Shown one piece after another: positions 7,354 to 12,458 of a stretch of 12,458 nt of DNA. The notes under the pieces were generated by a model that saw only the letters and a list, made by a program, of their open reading frames with translations, had not been told where the DNA came from and ran no database searches. The DNA lies in the IMG/VR virus record IMGVR_UViG_2645727562_000019; one strand, written 5' to 3'. Numbering within the stretch: the stretch's first letter is position 1; every line of letters begins with the position of its first letter. The DNA is from a virus (Duplodnaviria; Heunggongvirae; Uroviricota; Caudoviricetes). A program made the translations under genes and the position numbers.

Positions 7354-7584
7354 ATGAGCGATAACGAACATTTCGATTTCAAAAAGCACTGGCTTGCACT
7401 TACTCCAGATGAGCGTGAAGCCTTCGCACAGGAAGCCGGAACGACGAGTCACTATATCCAGACTCACTTAACAGGTAAGCGCAAAATGCCAGGTAAAGTA
7501 TTGATGAATGGGCTTTTTAAAGCCTGTAAATCAAGACAATGGTTGCGCTCAAAAGCAGAACTGGCATACTTCTTCTACTCATGA
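7354..7584 (+). CDS. Cro-like small HTH regulator
   Basis: 76-aa ORF divergent from the repressor and immediately downstream of the operator cluster. HTH-like segment AFAQEAGTTSHYIQTHLTGKRKMP. Followed by an intrinsic terminator. Confidence 0.55.
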   Translation: MSDNEHFDFKKHWLALTPDEREAFAQEAGTTSHYIQTHLTGKRKMPGKVLMNGLFKACKSRQWLRSKAELAYFFYS

Positions 7585-7605
7585 TATCCAGCCACAACCC
7601 TCTGT

Positions 7606-7628
7606 AGACCGCCATCCGGCGGTCTTTT
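7606..7628 (+). terminator. tR1-like intrinsic terminator after the Cro-like gene
   Basis: AGACCGCC-atcc-GGCGGTCT perfect 8-bp stem followed by TTT, 22 bp past the cro-like stop. Confidence 0.6.
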
Positions 7629-7639
7629 CATATCTATTC

Positions 7640-7654
7640 GCACCTCAAAGGTAA
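7640..7654. promoter_or_regulatory. Isolated operator-like palindrome between the tR1-like terminator and the zinc-ribbon gene
   Basis: GCACCTCAAAGGTAA, the same variant form as the OR site at 7272-7286. Confidence 0.35.
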
Positions 7655-7734
7655 TAAAAAACCAAATCTGGTTGATCTTTTTTTTGTGTCAGCACAAAAT
7701 AACCGTAATCCCAATACTAATAACAGGGCTTACC

Positions 7735-7935
7735 ATGGAAATCATTACACGTATTGATGCCGCAAAGCGCGGACTTAAACGCTACTACACCGGAAAACCA
7801 TGTAAGCACGGACATGACAGTGAACGCTGGGTTTACAACGGACACTGTGTTGAGTGCACCATGGAATCAAACCGTCGCATCAGGGCAGAGATTAAGCAGA
7901 TCATGATTAATTCCTCCCCACAACATTCAAGCTGA
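7735..7935 (+). CDS. Small zinc-ribbon protein (C-H...C-x2-C), in the position lambda gives to cII
   Basis: 66 aa from ATG 7735 (MEIITRIDAAKRGLKRYYTGKPCKHGHDSERWVYNGHCVECT...); AGGG lies 7 nt upstream. The track ORF starts earlier at TTG 7672, but that N-terminus looks non-coding. Confidence 0.55.
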   Translation: MEIITRIDAAKRGLKRYYTGKPCKHGHDSERWVYNGHCVECTMESNRRIRAEIKQIMINSSPQHSS

Positions 7936-7950
7936 TAGCGGAGATTAATC

Positions 7951-8790
7951 ATGAGCAGACATGCAACAGATTGGGCCTGGGAGACAGATCCAGGTAGCTC
8001 GTCATTAAAGCTCATACTGCTCTCGATGGCTGACAGAGCCGATGAATATAACCTCTGCTACCCCAGCATAGAACGCCTCGTTAAAGACACTTGCCTGAAT
8101 AAAAAAACCGTACAGGCCGGGCTTATATCGCTCATGAAAATGGGGCTTATTTCAGATACCGGAGAGAGAAAGGGAGCGACGAAAAGAGTGCGGGTTTTCT
8201 CTCTTAATATAACCAAAAAAGGGAACATTAAAGGCAACCTAGATGGGTGTAATGAACCCGAAAACGGTAATGTTCCCAAAAACGGGAATATACCCAAAAA
8301 CGGGATGTTGAATGATCCCAAAAACGGGATGTTGAATGATCCCAAAAACGGGATGTTGAATGATCCCAAAAACGGGATCCAGAACCAGTCATATAACCAG
8401 TCATTTAACCAAGAGAGGGAGAGCAGGACAAAAACCGGGGATTCTGTGCCTCATGACCCCGGCGCAAACAACGCCGTGATGAATAACTTTGTTCCTCCTG
8501 GTGGGCCAGGGCAATTAGGCAAATTTGTCATGCATGAACAATGGCAGCCATCAGATGACTTTCTTCGGAAAAGCTCATTGCAGGGAATCTACCTGGACAG
8601 TCTGCCAACGGCACAGGAACTTGCAGAGTTCAGAATTTACTGGATGGCTGAGGGTAAGGCATACCATCAGGCACAGTGGGAGCAGAAGCTGGCAAGGCGG
8701 CTGCAGATTAGCAGACAGAAGCAATCAACATTACCTGATAACAACGTTCCGCACTGGAACAGCCCTGAAGCATGGGAGGATTTCTTGTGA
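7951..8790 (+). CDS. Replication initiator (lambda O-like), N-terminal winged-helix DNA-binding domain, iterons embedded in the coding sequence
   Basis: 279 aa; GGAG SD 7 nt upstream. N-terminal DWAWETDPGSSSLKLILLSMADRADEYNLCYPSIERL resembles phage replication-initiator HTH domains. The middle encodes PKNGMLND x3 from iteron DNA, as in lambda O. Placed directly upstream of the P-like gene. Confidence 0.75.
   Translation: MSRHATDWAWETDPGSSSLKLILLSMADRADEYNLCYPSIERLVKDTCLNKKTVQAGLISLMKMGLISDTGERKGATKRVRVFSLNITKKGNIKGNLDGCNEPENGNVPKNGNIPKNGMLNDPKNGMLNDPKNGMLNDPKNGIQNQSYNQSFNQERESRTKTGDSVPHDPGANNAVMNNFVPPGGPGQLGKFVMHEQWQPSDDFLRKSSLQGIYLDSLPTAQELAEFRIYWMAEGKAYHQAQWEQKLARRLQISRQKQSTLPDNNVPHWNSPEAWEDFL
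8257..8378 (+). repeat. Origin-of-replication iterons: six copies of the CCCAAAAACGGGA core (three as the perfect 16-bp palindrome ATCCCAAAAACGGGAT)
   Basis: Cores start at 8257 (degenerate CCCGAAAACGGTA), 8275, 8293, 8317, 8341 and 8365, spaced 18, 18, 24, 24, 24 bp. Followed by the AT-richer direct repeat CCAGTCATATAACCAGTCATTTAACC (8383-8410). Confidence 0.8.
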
Positions 8791-9572
8791 ACAACGTTTT
8801 TACCGCGATACAAAACCGTGACGGAGAAGCCCTTTCTCGCATGTCAGGTTATGAGCATCAGTACACCAACAATGACAACGTGGTGAACATGTCAGCAGAG
8901 AGGCTTGTTGATGCCCTTTTCAAACAGCTGAAACAACTGTTTCCGGCGGCAGTGGTAACCAACCTGAAGACGCCAGAGCAGGAAGTTGCTGCAAAACAGC
9001 AGTGGATTGCTGCGTTTGCCGAAGGGGGGATCCGAACCCGTGAACAGGTTTCTGCTGGTATGCGCCACGCCCGCGCCAGTGAATCTCCGTTCTGGCCGTC
9101 GCCAGGGCAATTCATCAAGTGGTGTAAAGACAGCAAGATGGTTCTTGGCGTCACCATTGACGATGTGATGGCGGAGTTTCACCGGTACAGCAAGGAAAAA
9201 AGTTTATATCCTGGTGGTCCCGAAAGATTCCCGTGGCGACATCCGGTTATGTACTGGGTCGTATGTGATACCCGCCGTGCAATGTATCAGCGCCAGCTTA
9301 GCGAGATTGAGGTTGAGAAACACGCGCGCAGGCTGCTCGATGATTGGGCGAAAAAGGTGGCTTCCGGACAGCAGATACCCGATCCGGTGATCAGCATACA
9401 GGCAAAGCCAGAACCCATGAGTACACCTCCGGACACAGGGAGAGACGTTTACCATCCACCAGGGCGAAGTTTCGGGTGCATGCCTAACGCCGCCACCCTG
9501 GGGGGAATAACACCGGCGCAGTGGCTGATGGAGGAATACAGGCGGGGAAAGGCGGCAGGATTTATCAAGTAA
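8787..9572 (+). CDS. Replication protein P-like (DnaB helicase loader)
   Basis: Clear resemblance to lambda P as recalled: FPAAVVTNLKTPEQEVAAKQQWIAAFAEGGIRTREQVSAGMRHARASESPFWPSPGQFIKWCKDS against lambda FPASLA...RRQWVLAFRENGITTMEQVNAGMRVARRQNRPFLPSPGQFVAWCRE. Start taken at GTG 8787 with GGAGG 7 nt upstream (GTGA overlap with the O stop); the track alternative is ATG 8772. Confidence 0.85.
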   Translation: MNNVFTAIQNRDGEALSRMSGYEHQYTNNDNVVNMSAERLVDALFKQLKQLFPAAVVTNLKTPEQEVAAKQQWIAAFAEGGIRTREQVSAGMRHARASESPFWPSPGQFIKWCKDSKMVLGVTIDDVMAEFHRYSKEKSLYPGGPERFPWRHPVMYWVVCDTRRAMYQRQLSEIEVEKHARRLLDDWAKKVASGQQIPDPVISIQAKPEPMSTPPDTGRDVYHPPGRSFGCMPNAATLGGITPAQWLMEEYRRGKAAGFIK

Positions 9573-9577
9573 TACCA

Positions 9578-9597
9578 GCGCGATAGCGCATTTTTTT
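9578..9597 (+). terminator. Candidate intrinsic terminator after the P-like gene
   Basis: GCGC-gata-GCGC short GC stem followed by A-T7 (9590-9597), 6 bp after the P stop. The stem is short, so efficiency is uncertain. Confidence 0.4.
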
Positions 9598-9609
9598 ACG
9601 CCTCAATAG

Positions 9610-9686
9610 TTACCTGATGGGTAATAAAATATTCTAAAATCTATTGATTTCGTGTCTTATGTGGTTTTTAATTACCTCAGGGGTAA
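9610..9686 (+). promoter_or_regulatory. Third operator-controlled promoter, with the same architecture as the PL-like region
   Basis: TTACCTGATGGGTAA (9610-9624), 19 bp, TTGATT -35 (9644-9649), 22 bp, TTACCTCAGGGGTAA (9672-9686), then ATG at 9690. The gaps (19 and 22 bp) and the 62-bp operator centre spacing are identical to the PL-like region read on its coding strand. Confidence 0.55.
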
Positions 9687-9689
9687 ATC

Positions 9690-10043
9690 ATGAGAAAACA
9701 GATACAGGCTCTTGGTCGACTCAAAACAGGCCAGATGAACAAAACAGAATCTGCGTATTGCCAGCACCTTGAGCAGCGTAAACGTGCAGGGGAAATCGCC
9801 TGGTATCGATTCGAGGGTATCAAGCTGCGGTTAGCTGATAACTGCTTCCTGACTGTAGATTTTGCCGTGATGTTGGCTGACGGGCAGTTGGTGATGGTGG
9901 ACGTTAAGGGAAGTAAGTCAGTCTTTACTGACGATGCGAGAGTCAAGATGAAGGTTGCGGCAGACAGCTATCCGTTTGTCTTTCAGGTTGCTTATCCAAA
10001 ACCTAAAAAGCTCGGTGGTGGATGGGAGGTTGAGGAACTATGA
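9690..10043 (+). CDS. DUF1064-family protein (PD-(D/E)XK nuclease-like fold)
   Basis: 117 aa; pattern ESAYCQHLEQRKRAGEI...FEGIKLRL...VDFAVMLADGQLVMVDVKG...KMK fits the phage DUF1064 family signature as recalled (...AGEI...F.L...Y.ADF...VEDVKG...). Stop overlaps the next ATG (ATGA). Confidence 0.6.
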   Translation: MRKQIQALGRLKTGQMNKTESAYCQHLEQRKRAGEIAWYRFEGIKLRLADNCFLTVDFAVMLADGQLVMVDVKGSKSVFTDDARVKMKVAADSYPFVFQVAYPKPKKLGGGWEVEEL

Positions 10044-10648
10044 GCGAGAAGCCCAATGCTGCGGGATTGATTGTATCCGGTGATAAAAACCCGAATTGGA
10101 AGGGTGGGAAAATCGAAAAGGTTTGCTCCGTATGTGGCAGGCAATATCAGGTTAAGCGAGCCAACTCCTCTTCAAGGTTCTGCTCACTTCAGTGTGTAGG
10201 AATTTCACAGCGAGGCAAGACGGTAAATCGGGAACTAAAGCGAGTATTAAAAATATGCTGCGTATGCGGATCTTCGTTCTCCGTTTTCTTGAGTCATGAG
10301 AAGCGTCATAAATGCTGCTCGAAACAGTGTTCCAACATAATGCGTTCTTCTCTGATGAAGGGGGAAGGAAATCCAAACTGGTCTGGTGGATTATCGAGAT
10401 TGCCGTATCCGTGGGATTTCCGAGAAACGAGCAAGAGGGTTATTGAGCGAGATGGTTTTACTTGTCAGAACCCAGGTTGTGATGGAACAGACAAAAGGCT
10501 AACAACTCATCATATCAATTACGACAAGCAAGACTGTCGTCAGGAGAACCTTATTTGTCTTTGTTCGAGCTGTAACTCGAAGGCTAATTTCGGTCGGCAT
10601 AAGTGGCAAAAGTTTTATGAATCACTGATGAAAAATAGATCGGCATGA
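10040..10648 (+). CDS. HNH endonuclease with duplicated N-terminal Cys-rich modules
   Basis: 202 aa. C-terminal HNH core CQNPGCDGTDKRLTTHHINYDKQDCRQENLICLCSSCNSKAN. NPNWKGG (aa ~17) and NPNWSGG (aa ~111) motifs, with two Cys-rich segments between them: CSVCGRQYQVKRANSSSRFCSLQC and CCVCGSSFSVFLSHEKRHKCCSKQC. Confidence 0.8.
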   Translation: MSEKPNAAGLIVSGDKNPNWKGGKIEKVCSVCGRQYQVKRANSSSRFCSLQCVGISQRGKTVNRELKRVLKICCVCGSSFSVFLSHEKRHKCCSKQCSNIMRSSLMKGEGNPNWSGGLSRLPYPWDFRETSKRVIERDGFTCQNPGCDGTDKRLTTHHINYDKQDCRQENLICLCSSCNSKANFGRHKWQKFYESLMKNRSA

Positions 10649-10709
10649 ATCGACGATCTTTTTAGTTATCAATGTAATCAATAAGTTATGTGGATAAGCG
10701 AGGGTAAAG

Positions 10710-11366
10710 ATGGAAAGTAATATCAAAGGGTTAGTTACCGCCGGGCATGAGATGGCTTCGGAACTGAAAGCAGAATGTGGCGCCGTTGATATGCGTAGTG
10801 TGGCAAAGCTGATCAGCGATTTGGCAACGCAACTGGAAGTGCAACTGGAAGTGCAACTGGTGCGTGCTAATGCGCTGGCCGAAGACCAACAGAAAGCGAT
10901 TGAGTCAATTAAGCAGGCTGATTCGGCTGTTAAGTTGGCACACGAGAAGTTTTCGGCGCTGGCGGCGGAGAATGCGGTAATGCTCGAAACTATTGAAGCC
11001 GTTCGCAGTGTTGCGGATAACTCCAGTGGAATTGCCGGATGGCATTTGAATGGCGATATCGCCACATGGGAAGAGATTCTTCCTGAAATTAACGATATCG
11101 AAACCCCAGCCACCGATGCTTTTCTGGCTGAAGGGAAGACTGAAGCACGCAAGGAAGGCGCTTATTTTGTGGCGAACAGAATGTTGGCAGCTTGGAAAGC
11201 TGGTTTTATTGATGATACTGCGAAGAACGCCGCGGATATTGCCCGGATGATCCTTACCTCTACTGAGTTTATGGCTAATGCGCCGGAAGGCGATTTTGAT
11301 CGCTCATTCTCTGATGGCGTTCTCGAAGATATCGCCGAACAGCTTCGTAAAGGAGTCATCCAATGA
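10710..11366 (+). CDS. Hypothetical protein (218 aa), acidic, with a short QLEV tandem repeat
   Basis: ORF with GAGGG SD about 10 nt upstream. No domain recognised by eye. Stop overlaps the next ATG (ATGA). Confidence 0.55.
   Translation: MESNIKGLVTAGHEMASELKAECGAVDMRSVAKLISDLATQLEVQLEVQLVRANALAEDQQKAIESIKQADSAVKLAHEKFSALAAENAVMLETIEAVRSVADNSSGIAGWHLNGDIATWEEILPEINDIETPATDAFLAEGKTEARKEGAYFVANRMLAAWKAGFIDDTAKNAADIARMILTSTEFMANAPEGDFDRSFSDGVLEDIAEQLRKGVIQ
10830..10862 (+). repeat. 12-bp tandem repeat CAACTGGAAGTG, about 2.7 copies, in frame within the 218-aa ORF
   Basis: gcaactggaagtgcaactggaagtgcaactggtg encodes QLEVQLEVQLV. Confidence 0.8.
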
Positions 11367-11836
11367 GCAAGATTGATTATCAAAAGCTTCGTGAAATCGC
11401 TGAAAAAACAAAAATTGCTGGTGAAGCACCTGTAATGCCTTTCGATCAGCGAATTAATGCGCTTAACGATTTTATGAAGCACTTTTCGCCAGATATCGCG
11501 CTGGCATTGTTGGATGAATGGGAAAGAAACCAGCAATACATCAAACGCCGCGATCAGGAGAACGAGGATATTGCGCTAACGGTAGGGAAGCTGCGCGTTG
11601 AGCTTGAAGCAGCAAAATCAAAACTCAACGAGCAGCGTGAATATTACGAGGGAGTAATCGCGGATGGAAGTAAGCGCATAGCAGAACTGGAGGAGCGGGA
11701 AATACTGCTCCCGGAACGTAGCAGCATGCTTCATCGAACAGATTTTCACGAGGATTACCAAACGGTAATGGCATACAAAGTTTCTGAAGTCATCGATGCA
11801 ATCCGCGCTACTGGCATTCGCATCAAAGGAGAGTGA
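11363..11836 (+). CDS. Hypothetical coiled-coil protein (157 aa)
   Basis: ORF coupled by ATGA to the upstream gene. Coiled-coil-like segment LRVELEAAKSKLNEQREYYEGVIADGSKRIAELEERE. Function unknown. Confidence 0.5.
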   Translation: MSKIDYQKLREIAEKTKIAGEAPVMPFDQRINALNDFMKHFSPDIALALLDEWERNQQYIKRRDQENEDIALTVGKLRVELEAAKSKLNEQREYYEGVIADGSKRIAELEEREILLPERSSMLHRTDFHEDYQTVMAYKVSEVIDAIRATGIRIKGE

Positions 11837-11837
11837 T

Positions 11838-12458
11838 ATGAGCGCTATAACCAAAGAACGTGTCGAATTATTCATTAAAAATCCGCTTGATAACGGACTT
11901 ACCCGTGGCGAACAAATGGAACTGGCACGAATTGCACTGGCATCGCTGGAAGCAGATCCAGTTAAACGAGTTAACTCAGATCAGATGCGCCGAGTCTGCT
12001 TAGAAGCTAATCGCCATTTAGATAAATATGACGCGATGGCGAAAGAGGTAAATAAGTTGCTTGGACGCATCGCCCCGCCAGCGCCGGTAGTGCCGGAAGA
12101 AGCAACTCCGGAAAACGTAGAAATGCTCTCTGGCTATGTTTCAACGTACAAATTAACCGATAGCGAGCGCGATATTGCTGCCGAAATATGGAACGCCTGC
12201 CGCGCTGCCATGCTTCATAGTGCCGAACCTGCAAGTAATCATGAAGAGTTGCCGCTTGATTATCTCCAAGGTCAAAAAGATGGTCTTGAATGGGCTGCGC
12301 AGCTTGCAGAAGCAAATCACCCACAAACTGGCGACTGGCTTTACGATGACCCGCTGGAGCTGGCTAAAGCTATCAGAAAAGGTCCTGACATGCCCGAATT
12401 CGATGGACCAACTCCGGTAACTCCGGATGGTTGGATAAGCTGTAGTGAGCGAATGCCG
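11838..12458 (+). CDS. Hypothetical protein, 3-prime truncated by the window end (at least 207 codons); not in the ORF track because no stop is reached
   Basis: ATG at 11838, 1 nt after the previous stop (TGAtATG). Frame stays open to the window edge on manual translation (MSAITKERVELFIKNPLDNGLTRGEQMELARIALASLEADPVKRV...). Confidence 0.5.
   Translation, partial: MSAITKERVELFIKNPLDNGLTRGEQMELARIALASLEADPVKRVNSDQMRRVCLEANRHLDKYDAMAKEVNKLLGRIAPPAPVVPEEATPENVEMLSGYVSTYKLTDSERDIAAEIWNACRAAMLHSAEPASNHEELPLDYLQGQKDGLEWAAQLAEANHPQTGDWLYDDPLELAKAIRKGPDMPEFDGPTPVTPDGWISCSERMP

Larger units (their letters stand above)
1..12458. mobile_element. Lambdoid prophage early region (partial; continues beyond both window edges)
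   Basis: Gene order integrase / Xis-like / RecT / exonuclease / PL-like promoter / repressor / divergent Cro-like / O with internal iterons / P matches phage lambda early-region synteny. No att site or tRNA lies within the window. Confidence 0.85.

Noticed and set aside
8058-8369. Minus-strand ORF encoding MGSFNIPFLG repeats, and a CRISPR-like appearance of the direct repeats at 8257-8378
   Set aside because: The repeats are 13-16 bp with 5-11 bp spacers, far too short for a CRISPR array. They lie in frame inside the O-like gene and behave as replication iterons. The antisense ORF is an artifact of the repeats.
12007-12324. Minus-strand 105-aa ORF
   Set aside because: It is antisense within the open plus-strand frame that starts at 11838 and continues to the window end; operon context favours the plus-strand gene.

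Overview
This window reads as the early region of a lambdoid (lambda-like) prophage, in lambda-like gene order but with several non-canonical insertions. All calls rest on motifs and family resemblance recognised by eye; no homology search or computation was run.

Layout, left to right:
- 1-1257 (+): P4-type tyrosine integrase, meeting the leftward operon stop-to-stop with a 2-bp gap.
- 1260-6461 (-): a long leftward operon, largely translationally coupled through ATGA overlaps. From its promoter outward it encodes a 53-aa Trp-rich peptide (not in the ORF track), a coiled-coil protein, a 99-aa protein, a RecE-like exonuclease, a RecT/Bet annealing protein, an AlpA/Xis-like protein, a 99-aa unknown, an MT-A70 adenine methyltransferase and a lambda-PPase-like Ser/Thr phosphatase.
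- 6481-6592: PL-like promoter with two operator palindromes, plus the intrinsic terminator that ends the repressor transcript.
- 6615-7199 (-): repressor with two HTH domains and no recognisable self-cleavage domain.
- 7255-7328: OR-like region with three operator palindromes, then a Cro-like gene (7354-7584, +) and a tR1-like terminator.
- 7735-9572 (+): zinc-ribbon protein in the cII position, O-like initiator carrying six origin iterons in its coding sequence, and P-like helicase loader.
- 9610-12458 (+): a third operator-controlled promoter driving DUF1064, an HNH endonuclease and three coupled unknown ORFs, the last running off the window end.

The most interesting signal is a family of eight 15-bp TTACC-N5-GGTAA palindromes. 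They mark three promoter regions, and the PL-like promoter and the promoter ahead of DUF1064/HNH share an identical architecture, with operator centres 62 bp apart. This suggests an accessory nuclease operon held under prophage immunity control. That is the best candidate for an undescribed system, but it is inference from sequence only.
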